From Candidatus Pacebacteria bacterium RIFOXYA1_FULL_38_18 (lineage in GTDB: Bacteria; Patescibacteriota; Microgenomatia; UBA1400; PJMF01), in assembly GCA_001787405.1 (NCBI GenBank), contig MFWV01000003.1:64790-128789 (forward strand): a DNA stretch of 64,000 nucleotides, in the 5' to 3' direction. The first letter of the stretch is position 1; each line of letters starts with the position of its first letter. Under the pieces are notes generated by a model. The model was not told the origin of the DNA. It was given only the letters and a program-made list of their open reading frames with translations, and did not search any database. Made by a program: the position numbers and the translations under genes. This document shows, piece by piece, positions 1 through 10,941 of the stretch.

Positions 1-80
1 AGATCAATATAACGGTTGATTTTGACAAAAAGTGTAACGTTTTTTTTCAGTTAAAAAACGGTATTTTATATCCTATAACA

Positions 81-109
81 TTGACAATAATACTCAAAAA
101 TGATATAGT
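81..109 (+). promoter_or_regulatory. sigma70-type promoter
   Basis: TTGACA (81-86), 17 nt spacer, TATAGT (104-109) preceded by TGn; the first credible CDS begins ~430 nt downstream. Confidence 0.7.
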
Positions 110-194
110 TTGAATACATTTAAGAAGTGAACAGCTTATTTAGTCTAAATATTTTTAAATCTCAAATTTTGTTTTTAATTCACTTCTTTTATGA

Positions 195-535
195 GTGTGA
201 GTCGCAAGCCGACTGGCGCGCCACCTTTCTAGTAGAGAAAGGTTCTCTGACTTGGTTTTTGTTCACTTCTCAAACCGGTTGGAGATCCTTTTTCTGCTCG
301 AAAGAGCAGAGAGGGTACTTTACTCACCGATGGTTGTGTATCCGGATTAGCTCCAGACAACACGACAAAATTTGGTGAGTGAAGAGCACCTTAACAAGGA
401 GGAGAAAATCGGCGCTTCACGCGCTCGGTTCAGCTTTTCTGGGAATTTTATCAATTTCTGGAAAAGCTGGACTGAGTTGCCGGGCGCCGGCAAACAGAAT
501 CGAGCAAACCACCCCGCCACCACCGTGCGGCAAGG
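195..535 (+). ncRNA. highly structured long leader or candidate ncRNA
   Basis: Series of hairpins: CTGCTC-GAAA-GAGCAG, TTTACTCACC/GGTGAGTGAA, CAGCTTTTC...GAAAAGCTG, TGCCGG/CCGGCA; no credible protein; no family recognised. Confidence 0.35.
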
Positions 536-544
536 AGAAAGAAA

Positions 545-1591
545 ATGGAAGACAAAGAGCTCCGAAGAAAGTTAGGCCCTGCATGGGCCTGGGTCATTGT
601 TGCCACAATGACCAACATCATCATGGTAGCAATAGTGGTGTGGGCGTCATCCACGTCTACACCCACCACCCCTACTCCAGTCTCGACTGAGACTGAGGAA
701 GCTCCAGACCAGAGCGCCACGATTGTGGCGCTACTGGAAGAATTGGTCGCCGCGCAAGCGGCGACTGAAGAGCCAGAAGCTCCGCCAACGGCGGAACCCA
801 CTCCGGAACCGGTTGAGCTGGTGGTTCCGCCAACGGCGGAGCCCACCCCGGAACCGACCCAAGCTTCGACTGAAGAGCCGGAGTTGAAGGTCGCAGCGAC
901 GGAACCATCGGTTCCCGTTGCTGAAAATGGATACCCAATCGTCTCGTACGATTGGGGCCGTGCCAATATCCCCGCCGAAGTCACCACCATCAAGGTGAAT
1001 GATACAGGCGGATGTAACATGCCCGATGTCGTCTGCTACATGCTAGACGACGAAGGCGTGTTGGGGGCAGATGACCTGGCAGAGGCTGAGGCTAATCCCT
1101 CAGCAATCTGGACCGGGTCAGCCTGGCACCAGATGGCTCAGGGACCGCAAGTTGGTCTCCTAGTGCCAGAAGGTAGTTATGCAACTTGGTACTCAATCTC
1201 ATCCACTGTGGATGGGGGCGGGTACCACCTGGAGTTTGCCCCTCAGGGTGAGCTTCAGTGTAGTGGTGTGTTGGTACGTGGTTGGTTTGCGGAAACGCAC
1301 GTCGACCGGCACGTGCCGATCGTGATTTCAAACTACGGAGCACTGGGTGCTATGGTTTATACCAGATACCCGGTGCCGGTCGAAGCCGGTCAGTTCTTTT
1401 CGCAGGATTACCTCACTGCTCAAGCAACCAATGCACTGGATTTTGATAATTCAGGCATTGGTGATGAGGACTGTGATCTTTTCTGGCAGTTCGTCTTCGA
1501 CTACAACGACGGTTCTTTGACGGTGTTGAATTACACCGTCGAGAACGGTTGGTCCGTAGTTTGGACAAACATCGTCGGTCACGGCCGATGA
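545..1591 (+). CDS. membrane-anchored surface protein with Pro/Thr/Glu-rich linker
   Basis: 348 aa ORF; N-terminal TM, PTAEPTPEP repeats, acidic C-terminal domain; GGAG upstream; followed by a hairpin terminator. Confidence 0.8.
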   Translation: MEDKELRRKLGPAWAWVIVATMTNIIMVAIVVWASSTSTPTTPTPVSTETEEAPDQSATIVALLEELVAAQAATEEPEAPPTAEPTPEPVELVVPPTAEPTPEPTQASTEEPELKVAATEPSVPVAENGYPIVSYDWGRANIPAEVTTIKVNDTGGCNMPDVVCYMLDDEGVLGADDLAEAEANPSAIWTGSAWHQMAQGPQVGLLVPEGSYATWYSISSTVDGGGYHLEFAPQGELQCSGVLVRGWFAETHVDRHVPIVISNYGALGAMVYTRYPVPVEAGQFFSQDYLTAQATNALDFDNSGIGDEDCDLFWQFVFDYNDGSLTVLNYTVENGWSVVWTNIVGHGR

Positions 1592-1603
1592 TTGCTCCTC
1601 CTC

Positions 1604-1633
1604 GAAGGGGCGGCGCGCAAGCGCCGCCCTTTC
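1604..1633 (+). terminator. intrinsic terminator hairpin
   Basis: GAAGGGGCGGCGC-GCAA-GCGCCGCCCTTTC followed by AT-rich sequence. Confidence 0.75.
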
Positions 1634-1635
1634 AA

Positions 1636-1710
1636 CCTTATTTATTATTTAATTCACTTTATTTATTACGCAATTAACTTTATTTATTACGCAATTAACT
1701 TTATTTATTA
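1636..1710. repeat. 21-bp AT-rich tandem repeat (~3.6 copies)
   Basis: CTTTATTTATTACGCAATTAA exact at 1657-1677 and 1678-1698, degenerate at 1636-1656, partial at 1699-1710. Confidence 0.85.
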
Positions 1711-1764
1711 TTTGATCAAAAATTTTCAGGCTAAAAATCCTTTTGAGTTCGTTCTACAATACTT

Positions 1765-4700
1765 ATGATGATAATCTCTGGTTTTACTCGCTTGTTTAAA
1801 GATCATTTGCCACTTTTGCTTGTGGTCGCGGTGGCCTTGATTATTGCCCGTCAAAACATTGATACTACTACGATTTATTCCGGCTGGGATAATATTCATG
1901 CCGAGTTTGACCTTGCGCGCTATGCTCGTCAGGTCTTTTTTGGGGCTTGGGTAGAGCATCAGGGGTTGGGAGCGCCGGCTGCTCAAGCACAATTGGCCGA
2001 AATACCTCGTTTGCCGATTTTATTACTGCTTCATACTTTGTTACCTGCCAACTTAATTAGGTATGTTTTTATTTTCTTGATGTACTTGATCGGTGGGGTG
2101 GGTATGTATTGGTACCTGGCTACCATTTGGCTTAAACAAAATAAAACCAGTTTCAAAACCTGGCTGGCAGCTCTTGGTGGTTTATTTTATCTTCTCCATG
2201 TTCTCACTCTCCAGCAGTTTTACATTAGTTTTGAAATGTTTATGACTCAATTTGCTTTTTTGCCATTTTTGCTGGTGATTATTCATAGGTTGGCCAAACA
2301 AATTAATTCCAAAAATATCTTGTTGTTTGTGTTGCTTCAGCTTTTACTGGCTCCCAGCAGTCACACCTCGACGGTTTTTTATTTAGCAGTGCTTTTTTCT
2401 TTGGTTTATGGATTCTTTTTGATAGTCAAAGAAAATCCTCTCAAAGCCTTGCGTTTTAGTATTTTACTCGGGCTTTTAACTTTGCTGGCTCATGCTTACT
2501 GGATTTTACCCAATCTTTATTACACTTTGAATAACGCTTCTTATGTAGCGGGCAGTCGCACTAATCAATTATTTGCACCAGAATCCGTTTGGAGTGTGAG
2601 AGAAGCAGGAACTTTGAGTAATTTAACCAGTGGCACTCATTATTTGTTTAGTTGGCGAGATTATGATTTTGCCACTCAACAATTTGAGTTTATTTTTGAT
2701 GAATGGTTACCACATCTCAATCAGTGGTCAGTGAAAATTATGTTGCAAATTTTGGGAGTATTCACGATGATAGGTGGTCTGCTACTCATCAAAGCCAAGA
2801 ATAAAGGTTGGCAACGCTTTTCAATCTTGATTATTTATTTGTTTTGTTTAAGTTTTATTTGGATTGATTTGTTGCCCAGCAACAAGCTGATTGATCAGCT
2901 TTACCAATCGGGTTCATTTCGTGAAGCTTTTCGCAATCCTTTTACTAAATTGTCAATTATTTATAGTTTTGTTTCAGTATTATTGTTCATTCAGTTAGCA
3001 GAAAGTTTGGTTAACTACTTCAAACGCAATGGTCGCAAGCATTTTCCTGGTAAATTTGTGGCAATTGGTCTACTTGGCGCATTGGCGGGAATGATGATTT
3101 ATATTTCTTGGCCGTCATTTCAAGGTCACTTTATTAGTGAAAAATTAAAAATTGAGTATCCCGCTGAATATCAAGCCATGTTTAATTATTTGAGCGATCA
3201 AGATCCTCATTTACGGATTCTTCAATTACCACAGTTTTCTCATGCCAGTTGGGAATATTACACTTGGCCTTGGTTGGGTGAGGGTAATGGGTATCAGGGA
3301 ATGGGTTTTTACTTTTTTGGTTTTCCTCAGGCTTTTTTAAACCGAGACGCCGATCGTTGGGTGGCGACTTCAGATTCTTTTTATCATGAACTCAAACATG
3401 CATTGGACAGGCAAAACGCCACTCATTTTGGCGAAATTTTGGCAAAATATAGAGTAGATTTATTGATTATTGATGAAACACGCTTGGATCCCAACCGCGA
3501 ACACACTTATCTAGTTGATCATCGTTTGGCTAGAGAAGCTGGCTTGACTGAGGTTTGGCGAGAAAATTTTCTGACTATCTATCAAAGACAAAGTGAGACT
3601 GCAGATCAGGAAATTTTTGCGCCAAAGCAATTGACAAAAACTTCGGTTGCGACCGAGCGAGTGAGGACGGATTATCTTTATCGTGAACAAGGTGATTATT
3701 TGACGACCGGAGAGACTGAAGCAACAGTGATTTATCCTTTGGCAGACTTGGTTGTTCATCAGTTAAATGGACTTGATTTTACCGATGATGGTCTTAGGAT
3801 GATTCGCCCGCTGACTGATGGAAAATACACACTGACTGTTCCCGGTTGGCAGGAAAAATATTACTTTACGCCAGTGGCAATTCGCTATCAACAGCAGACC
3901 GTGACGGTAAGCTTTCCACGAGTTGAGATACAAGTAGAGGGCAAAACCATTACTTTGCCCAGATTAGCTGATTTTGAGTTTGAAGTAGTGCCTGATTTAA
4001 CAGCCATCATGCTTTTCTTCAATGAAGGTGGAGCAATTGTGGAACAAAACCAAAGTGCTTTCCCGATTCTCAAAGTACCAGTAGGTGAGTCAGTCAAGAT
4101 CGAACTAATTGAGTTTCCAGGAGAGTTGGTTTATTTGCCGTCAGGAGAAGTTGATGTGACTGGATTGACTGTTAATCCAGTTGCTCGCTTGAACGTGGAT
4201 TGGTCGGCCTTTACTAGTGCCCAAACTTTATCAGTGGATCAGGCTCATGAACTTAAAATAATTTCTCGCTTTCCCTCTTTGACGGTTGATTTATTAAAAA
4301 ATCCAACAGTAAATTGTGCCACTGGCAAGCAAGGCAGTATTCTGACTCAGTCACAGAAAAATACTGTGCTTTTCCAAGCAGATGATTTTGGAGTGAATTG
4401 TGGCGGTTATGCTTTTGAACATTTGTCTTCAGCTTATCCATACGTGATGGAATTGAAAGGCAAGAATTATCAAGGACGAGGGATCAAGTTTTTTATCAGT
4501 TACACAGACAGAGCCATTGTGCCCGAGGATTATTTAATTCAAGAAAATGAGTATGTTGCTTATATTGGTTTGGGAAAAATCTCTGATGATCCGCGTGATA
4601 TTTTTTATCTAAATTGGGAGACACGTTCTTTTGGTAAAGAAGATATTAATGAACTGGAAAGCATTAGCTTGGCTCCTTTTCCATTGGAACAGTTGGCTGG

Positions 4701-5046
4701 TTTAAAGTTGGAAAAGCTGGAAACACCTTTACAATTTGAGAATCGAGCAGAGATTTTGCAAGACAGAGTTTATTTGGACAGCATCCATTTAATCAAAGCC
4801 GATTGTCCAGAAGAGGCTTGCTGGGTGGCTTTGGATCAAAGCTTTGATGATTTATGGTTGGCTTTTCGAGTTGGTAAAGCTGATTTTTTACCTCATCATC
4901 GTTACAACAACTGGGCCAATATTTGGCAGTTGGATAAAACTGGAACGATCGTAATTTTTTATCTGCCAGAACTAGTTTCTTTATTGAGCATGGTGGGATT
5001 GGCCAGTTGGTTGATAATTTTATTGCTCAAAAATTCTCGTCGCTGA
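1765..5046 (+). CDS. large polytopic membrane protein, GT-C-like (AftD/YfhO-like architecture)
   Basis: 1093 aa; many N-terminal TMs, FRNPFTK loop, large extracellular region, YNNWANIW before a C-terminal TM. Confidence 0.65.
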   Translation: MMIISGFTRLFKDHLPLLLVVAVALIIARQNIDTTTIYSGWDNIHAEFDLARYARQVFFGAWVEHQGLGAPAAQAQLAEIPRLPILLLLHTLLPANLIRYVFIFLMYLIGGVGMYWYLATIWLKQNKTSFKTWLAALGGLFYLLHVLTLQQFYISFEMFMTQFAFLPFLLVIIHRLAKQINSKNILLFVLLQLLLAPSSHTSTVFYLAVLFSLVYGFFLIVKENPLKALRFSILLGLLTLLAHAYWILPNLYYTLNNASYVAGSRTNQLFAPESVWSVREAGTLSNLTSGTHYLFSWRDYDFATQQFEFIFDEWLPHLNQWSVKIMLQILGVFTMIGGLLLIKAKNKGWQRFSILIIYLFCLSFIWIDLLPSNKLIDQLYQSGSFREAFRNPFTKLSIIYSFVSVLLFIQLAESLVNYFKRNGRKHFPGKFVAIGLLGALAGMMIYISWPSFQGHFISEKLKIEYPAEYQAMFNYLSDQDPHLRILQLPQFSHASWEYYTWPWLGEGNGYQGMGFYFFGFPQAFLNRDADRWVATSDSFYHELKHALDRQNATHFGEILAKYRVDLLIIDETRLDPNREHTYLVDHRLAREAGLTEVWRENFLTIYQRQSETADQEIFAPKQLTKTSVATERVRTDYLYREQGDYLTTGETEATVIYPLADLVVHQLNGLDFTDDGLRMIRPLTDGKYTLTVPGWQEKYYFTPVAIRYQQQTVTVSFPRVEIQVEGKTITLPRLADFEFEVVPDLTAIMLFFNEGGAIVEQNQSAFPILKVPVGESVKIELIEFPGELVYLPSGEVDVTGLTVNPVARLNVDWSAFTSAQTLSVDQAHELKIISRFPSLTVDLLKNPTVNCATGKQGSILTQSQKNTVLFQADDFGVNCGGYAFEHLSSAYPYVMELKGKNYQGRGIKFFISYTDRAIVPEDYLIQENEYVAYIGLGKISDDPRDIFYLNWETRSFGKEDINELESISLAPFPLEQLAGLKLEKLETPLQFENRAEILQDRVYLDSIHLIKADCPEEACWVALDQSFDDLWLAFRVGKADFLPHHRYNNWANIWQLDKTGTIVIFYLPELVSLLSMVGLASWLIILLLKNSRR

Positions 5047-5109
5047 TTTTTTGCCAAGATTTTTGTTTTGTGTCAGTTTGTTGTCAGCTTGTTCGGCTTT
5101 AATGAGGGT

Positions 5110-6810
5110 GTGAAAAAATTGATCATTACGCTAGTTCTGGCAGTTGGTTGGTTGTCTGTTACTAGTGAGGGGCAGGCTTGGCAGGCAGAAGATTGGCAAG
5201 TGGTGGGTAACACGGAACAAACTTGGCTGGTAGAAGAGGAACAGATAATTGGTGTGGCTGAGGAGCAAAAGCGAGTTTCTTGGTTGGTTTTGCGAGAAGA
5301 TTTGTATCCGGTGACGGAGGATTTTAAGTTTCAGTTTGAGTTTGTGCCGGTGCAAGGCACTGATCACAATCTGATCTGGAACTTTATTGATGAGCAGAAT
5401 TATTATCAGGCACATTTAAATGGCGGGGCGATTTGGGTGAGTAGATTTGCTGACGGTCAGGAGAGCTTGTCGGTGGCCAAAAACTTTTCCATTAATCTTA
5501 GCCAATCCTACAAACTGGAAATTATAGAGCAGGGCAGACAAGTGACTATCCTGATTGATGATCAGCCGATCATTGATTTTACTGACTGGACTAGTGATGA
5601 GCAAAGTCACGGGCAAGTGGGTTTCAAGTTGGCCCCTGGCGCGATTATTCCAGTGGAGTCGAAGTTTACTAACGTTCGGGTTACGGATCCCAAGCAAATT
5701 ATTTTGCCGGTTGAGTTACTCAAACAAACCGATCCAGCTTGGTCGGAATTGATTTATGACACTGCTGATCTTTGGTCTGCCAAACCTACTGTGGGCCGCT
5801 GGGGGTGCGCGCTCACCAGCCTGACAATGATCATGCGCTTCTACGGGTTGGATTTAATGCCGGATGGTTCCCCGACCACCCCAGCGGCCATCAATTCTTG
5901 GCTTCTCACTCAGCCAGACGGTTATCTGGGCCAAGGTCTGGTCAACTGGTGGGCTGGTACCCGTTTAATAAGTCAAATCAGCACTCAATACTCAACACCC
6001 ACAAAAACCCTGCCCAAACTAGAGTTTGCTTATCAAGCTTTGGATTGGTCAACTCGCTTAATATCAGAGTTAACCAGTGGCCGACCAGCCATTGTGCAAG
6101 TGCCGGGTCACTTTATAGTGGCGCACGGTTTTAATCTTTCAAATAATGATTTTTTTATTCACGATCCTTTTTATGATTTCACACAGCTTAGTCACCACAA
6201 GCAAGTCCTTTCTTTGCGTCTATTTACTCCCAGCCAAACAGATCTGAGTGCCATTGTGGTTGTGCATCGACCTGAAGTAACGGTGACCATTGAGCATGAA
6301 TCGGGCACAGCACTCACCCAAACTTGGTCGGAATGGTTAGCTAGCGACCCGGAAAAAGAGCAGACCGCGCCGTGGCAGTTCACAGTCATCGATAAACCGA
6401 TGACTGGTACTTATCGATTTTTAATTGAAGGCAGGCAAGAGGATGGAGACACCAAAGTCTTGATTTATGATCAACAGGCAGGTGTGCAAGACTTTACTCC
6501 TGCCCAAAATCAAACCGGTAATCAAGAATTGCTGGATTTTGAACTGCAGTTTGACAAAACCACTGGCGCGGTTTTCGTCAATCAATTTTCTTGGTCGGTA
6601 TTTTTGGCAAAACTGGCAAATGCTTATCAAACTGGACTAATTGATCAATTAAAGTTTAATCGTTTACAAACTCTTGCCCTAACGGCTCAACAAGCTGATC
6701 AAGCTACTTGGTCGCGCTATCAAACATATTTAAAAAATATTTTGGAAATTATCAAAACCCCGCAAACTAAAGAAAAAATTACCGCATTGCAAGCAATTCT
6801 TGCAGAGTAG
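5110..6810 (+). CDS. secreted peptidase C39-like protein with N-terminal beta-sandwich domain
   Basis: Signal peptide from GTG 5110; Q...WGCALTS (Cys), GHFIV (His), IHDP (Asp) papain-like triad. Confidence 0.75.
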   Translation: MKKLIITLVLAVGWLSVTSEGQAWQAEDWQVVGNTEQTWLVEEEQIIGVAEEQKRVSWLVLREDLYPVTEDFKFQFEFVPVQGTDHNLIWNFIDEQNYYQAHLNGGAIWVSRFADGQESLSVAKNFSINLSQSYKLEIIEQGRQVTILIDDQPIIDFTDWTSDEQSHGQVGFKLAPGAIIPVESKFTNVRVTDPKQIILPVELLKQTDPAWSELIYDTADLWSAKPTVGRWGCALTSLTMIMRFYGLDLMPDGSPTTPAAINSWLLTQPDGYLGQGLVNWWAGTRLISQISTQYSTPTKTLPKLEFAYQALDWSTRLISELTSGRPAIVQVPGHFIVAHGFNLSNNDFFIHDPFYDFTQLSHHKQVLSLRLFTPSQTDLSAIVVVHRPEVTVTIEHESGTALTQTWSEWLASDPEKEQTAPWQFTVIDKPMTGTYRFLIEGRQEDGDTKVLIYDQQAGVQDFTPAQNQTGNQELLDFELQFDKTTGAVFVNQFSWSVFLAKLANAYQTGLIDQLKFNRLQTLALTAQQADQATWSRYQTYLKNILEIIKTPQTKEKITALQAILAE

Positions 6811-7387
6811 CGCTCTCGCGATCACGCGGGGAAATAATCATTTTTTCCCGCTCTATGGGCCACTGGATATTTAGTTCTGGATCAAACAGGGAAAGAGCCT
6901 TATCGCCGGTTGCATTTCGCTCGTCATAAAAAGCACCGACGGCATAATGATAGAGCAATGGCCCCTCCATGACGGCGATGGAATTTGCTACTCCCATGGG
7001 GACATATAGACTGACTTGGATTTCATCACTCGGGTTTGGTTCAAACAGAAAGTACTCTACTTGTTTAAAAGTGGGTGACTCTGGTCGAATATCAACCAAA
7101 ACAGAGATGCCTTTACCAAATATGACGGTGGTCAATTTATGCCAACCTTCTGCGTGCAAACCACGCACCACATTGGTGTGAGAATAAGCCAAATTAATCT
7201 GTTTTAATTCGGGACGCTTACCGATTGCCTTTTCCAAGTTTTTCAGACCGGTGATGTCAGCAAAAAAACCTCTTTCATCCTGGAATTTTTTATGTTGGAG
7301 ATAAAGCAAACCATCGATTTTGGTGCGAAAAACTCCGTCAACTATTTCTAAATTAGGATTTGATTGATAAATAGGAGGCATCTGCAT
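6779..7387 (-). CDS. rmlC: dTDP-4-dehydrorhamnose 3,5-epimerase family
   Basis: DERGFF, VVRGLH, VDIRPESPTF, DPELNIQWP and ISPRD motifs. Confidence 0.85.
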   Translation of the reverse strand: MQMPPIYQSNPNLEIVDGVFRTKIDGLLYLQHKKFQDERGFFADITGLKNLEKAIGKRPELKQINLAYSHTNVVRGLHAEGWHKLTTVIFGKGISVLVDIRPESPTFKQVEYFLFEPNPSDEIQVSLYVPMGVANSIAVMEGPLLYHYAVGAFYDERNATGDKALSLFDPELNIQWPIEREKMIISPRDRESATLQELLAMR

Positions 7388-7517
7388 ATGATTTGATTAT
7401 AGCCAAAAGCTCATCTTTGTATAGTTTTATTAATTCTGTCTCACTTCGTTTTACCAGATGTTTTGTGTTACAATCCACCAGTTGTTCAAACAAAAATACT
7501 TGCTCAAAAACTCAGCA

Positions 7518-8729
7518 ATGTCTCAAAAAATCTATCAACCTTCCACCAAAATCCTAGCGCGCTATGCAACGGTATTGGTCAATTTTGCTCTCAATTCTGG
7601 ACGGGGGATCAAAAAAGATGAGGTGGTGCGTTTAGTAGTGCCTGATGTAGCCAAGTCTTTGGGCTTGGAACTGCAAAACGCAGTCTTGCGAGCCGGCGCT
7701 CATCCCGTGATGCGTTTTTTACCAACCAATTTTGATCGAGATTTTTATAATTTGGCCAATAAAAAACAATTAGAGTTTTTTCCCAAAAAAATGCTCAGGT
7801 CGCAAGTAGAGTTATTTGATCATACTATCGGGGTGATTGCCGACCCCCATCCAGAAGAATTAATTGATACCGATCCCAAAAAGATTTTACTAGCTCGTGA
7901 TTCCAAAAAAGCGCTGCGTGATTGGTACGACGCCAAAGAACACGCTGGTAAATTTACTTGGACGGTGGCTCTTTGGGGAGTAGAGGCCAAAGCTCGTGAA
8001 GTTGGTTTGAGCCTGGAAGCTTATTGGCAGGAAATCATCAAGGCTTGTTTCTTGGACAAAACCAACCCAGTCGGTGAGTGGCAAAAGGTGGCTAGACTGC
8101 AACAACAAATTAAACGCAAACTCAATAGTCTGCCCATCGATTGGTTATTATTCAAAGGAGCGGACATGGATTTGAAAATCAACATTGGTCAAAAGCGACT
8201 CTGGAAAGGTGGCGAAGGTCGTAACATTCCCAGTTTTGAGATCTTTACTTCACCAGATTGGCGAGGCACCAAAGGCTGGATTCGTTTTAATCAGCCTCTT
8301 TATCGTTATAGTCGAATCATCAGAGACGTCGAGATGAAGTTTGAGCGAGGCCACGTAGTGCAAGCCAAGGCCAAAACCGGCAACAAGTTTTTGCAAGAAA
8401 TGCTCAAAAGTACCAATGCCGACAAACTTGGTGAAGTATCACTGACTGACAAGCGTATTTCTCGCATCAGTCACGTGATGGCAGAGACACTGTTTGACGA
8501 AAACATCGGCGGTCCTTTTGGCAATATGCATGTGGCGATCGGCAGGGCTTATAGAGATTGCTATTTAGAAGATCCCAGTAAATTATCAGATATAGAATGG
8601 CAGGAACTGGGTTATAACGACTCGGCTGAACACACGGATTTGGTTTCCACTACGGATCGCACTGTCACGGCCGTGATGACCGATGGCAGTCAAAAAATAA
8701 TTTATCAAGCTGGTAAATTCGTAATTTAA
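7518..8729 (+). CDS. aminopeptidase, M29 (AmpS/AmpT) family
   Basis: NIPSFEIFTSP, LGEV, LFDEN, HVAIG and HTD motifs; start taken at ATG 7518. Confidence 0.9.
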   Translation: MSQKIYQPSTKILARYATVLVNFALNSGRGIKKDEVVRLVVPDVAKSLGLELQNAVLRAGAHPVMRFLPTNFDRDFYNLANKKQLEFFPKKMLRSQVELFDHTIGVIADPHPEELIDTDPKKILLARDSKKALRDWYDAKEHAGKFTWTVALWGVEAKAREVGLSLEAYWQEIIKACFLDKTNPVGEWQKVARLQQQIKRKLNSLPIDWLLFKGADMDLKINIGQKRLWKGGEGRNIPSFEIFTSPDWRGTKGWIRFNQPLYRYSRIIRDVEMKFERGHVVQAKAKTGNKFLQEMLKSTNADKLGEVSLTDKRISRISHVMAETLFDENIGGPFGNMHVAIGRAYRDCYLEDPSKLSDIEWQELGYNDSAEHTDLVSTTDRTVTAVMTDGSQKIIYQAGKFVI

Positions 8730-8763
8730 TACCAAAGATTCCCTGATCAGGTACAATACCTTT

Positions 8764-9540
8764 GTGATTATTTCTTCTACCAAACAACTAGCTCAATATC
8801 GTGAAACAGCCAAGATTTCTACCGAGATTCTTTGGCAACTACACGAAGCAACCAAGGTGGGAGTCACCCCGCTGAGTATTGATACTCTGGCGGACAAACT
8901 TTGTCGTCAATATTCCGTTAAACCCAACTTTAAAGGAGTCGGTCATAAAAAAAATCCTTACGCTTTCGTGACTTGTATTTCTGTGAATGATACCGTGGTT
9001 CATGGTATTCCCCAAGACATTCCCCTCATGGAGGGAGATTTGGTCAAAGTAGATTTTGGCCTTGAGTACAAGGGGCTACATACTGATCACTGTTTCACTG
9101 TGGGTATTGGCAAGCTGGCTGATCGCGACAAGAAACTACTGACTACCGGCCGATACGCCATTCTCACCGCAGCACAACAAGCCATCACTGGTAAATATAC
9201 AGGAGACTTGGGTCACATTATGGAGACGACCGCTCATCAGGAAGGCTTTAGTGTGACTGAACAATATGTCGGTCACGGCATCGGTCATAGTTTGCATGAA
9301 GAGCCACAGTTGCCAGCTTGGGGCGAACCGGGCACCGGCACTCTTTTACAAAAAGGCATGGTTTTGTGCGTGGAGGCTCAACTTTTGGCTGGTAGCAATG
9401 AAGTCTATTTGGCTAGTGATGGTTGGTCAGTCAAAACCAGTGATGGAGGCAAGGCCGTCATGTTTGAGTTTATGGTAATCGTGGGTGATAGCAAACCAGA
9501 GTTTTTAACTCCCACCGCCACTTGGCCATTATTGGTTTAA
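8764..9540 (+). CDS. map: methionine aminopeptidase type I
   Basis: [30 protein letters not shown] motifs. Confidence 0.95.
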   Translation: MIISSTKQLAQYRETAKISTEILWQLHEATKVGVTPLSIDTLADKLCRQYSVKPNFKGVGHKKNPYAFVTCISVNDTVVHGIPQDIPLMEGDLVKVDFGLEYKGLHTDHCFTVGIGKLADRDKKLLTTGRYAILTAAQQAITGKYTGDLGHIMETTAHQEGFSVTEQYVGHGIGHSLHEEPQLPAWGEPGTGTLLQKGMVLCVEAQLLAGSNEVYLASDGWSVKTSDGGKAVMFEFMVIVGDSKPEFLTPTATWPLLV

Positions 9541-9614
9541 GGGCTTTAAATGAAGGTTGTCAAGTTTTTAGGCTTTTATTCTTGGGAAAGCGTTGTATAA
9601 TTATACATCTTCAT

Positions 9615-10907
9615 ATGGCCAAAAAAAACACCACCAAATCAACTAAAAAACCCAAAAAAACAGTTTCGCCCAAAAAGACCGTCAGTAAAAAGTCTCGAAC
9701 AGTCAAGCAGGTTAAACCAGTAGCCCAAAAAACTCAAAAATCTCAAAAATCTAATAAACTACAACCTAAAGCTTTTGAAAATTATGAGATTCGTCCTCAA
9801 CAAGAAGAAAAAAAACTGCCCAAAACTACGGCTGCAGAAGTAGACAGTCTTTTCAAAAAAGCCAAAAAACAAGGCTTTGTCACCCAAGAAGAAATCTTGG
9901 ATGTCTTCGTGGAACCAGAACTTTACTTGGAGCAACTAGATGATTTTTACAACCAAATCGTCGTAGCCAAGATTGATGTTTTTGAAACAGTCTCTGACAC
10001 CAAAGTTGATGATGATGAGAGTAATGATGAGTTACAGCAAGAACTAGATTTACTCACTGGTCTGAAAAACACCGGTGTAGCCGATCCAGTGCGCATGTAT
10101 CTTAAAGAAATCGGCCGAATTCCTCTGCTCAATCGTGAGCAAGAAATTCGTTTGGCACAAGCTGTTGAGGCCGGAGATCCCAAAGCCAAAAAAGACCTGA
10201 TTGATGCTAACTTGCGTCTAGTCGTTTCGATTGCCAAAAAATATATTGGCCGGGGCATGACCTTTCTTGACCTCATCCAAGAAGGTAACAAGGGCCTCAT
10301 TCGCGCGGTCGAAAAATTTGACTGGACCAAAGGCTTTAAGTTTAGCACTTACGCTACCTGGTGGATTCGTCAAGCCATCACTCGTTCTATTGCTGACCAA
10401 GCTCGCACCATTCGCATTCCAGTGCACATGGTGGAAACGATCAATAAACTGATGCGTACTTCTCGTCGTTTGATGCAAGACCTGGGTCGCGAACCGACTC
10501 CGGAAGAAATCGGCGAAAAAATGGAGGGTATGGAACCAGACAAAGTCCGTGAAATCTTGAAAATCTCCCAGAACACCACCTCGCTGGAAACACCAGTGGG
10601 TGATGGGGAAGACGACAGCATTTTGGGTGACTTTATCTCTGATGAAAAACAAGTTTCCCCTTATGAAGCCACCAGCAAACAAATGCTCCGCGAAAACATT
10701 GAAGAAGTCTTGGGCGCTCTTTCCGATCGTGAGGCCAGAGTTTTACGGATGCGTTTTGGTTTGCAAGGCAATAAAACCATGACGCTGGAAGAAGTCGGTA
10801 AGAAATTTGGTGTCACTCGTGAGCGGATTCGTCAGATCGAAGCCAAGGCTCTGCGCAAACTCAAACATCCCAGTCGTCGCAAGAAACTACAAGACTTTTT
10901 GGAGTAA
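9615..10907 (+). CDS. rpoD: primary sigma factor with Lys-rich N-terminal extension
   Basis: [49 protein letters not shown]; start taken at ATG 9615. Confidence 0.97.
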   Translation: MAKKNTTKSTKKPKKTVSPKKTVSKKSRTVKQVKPVAQKTQKSQKSNKLQPKAFENYEIRPQQEEKKLPKTTAAEVDSLFKKAKKQGFVTQEEILDVFVEPELYLEQLDDFYNQIVVAKIDVFETVSDTKVDDDESNDELQQELDLLTGLKNTGVADPVRMYLKEIGRIPLLNREQEIRLAQAVEAGDPKAKKDLIDANLRLVVSIAKKYIGRGMTFLDLIQEGNKGLIRAVEKFDWTKGFKFSTYATWWIRQAITRSIADQARTIRIPVHMVETINKLMRTSRRLMQDLGREPTPEEIGEKMEGMEPDKVREILKISQNTTSLETPVGDGEDDSILGDFISDEKQVSPYEATSKQMLRENIEEVLGALSDREARVLRMRFGLQGNKTMTLEEVGKKFGVTRERIRQIEAKALRKLKHPSRRKKLQDFLE

Positions 10908-10941
10908 TCTTCCGCTTTCCAACAAATTCCTCAATTGTTTT

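Noticed and set aside
127-1020. Short ORFs 127-378, 372-575, 379-690 and antisense 451-1020
   Set aside because: No motifs; they overlap the structured leader or are antisense shadows of 545-1591
1636-1710. Possible CRISPR array
   Set aside because: Repeats are contiguous with no spacers, and no cas genes are in the window
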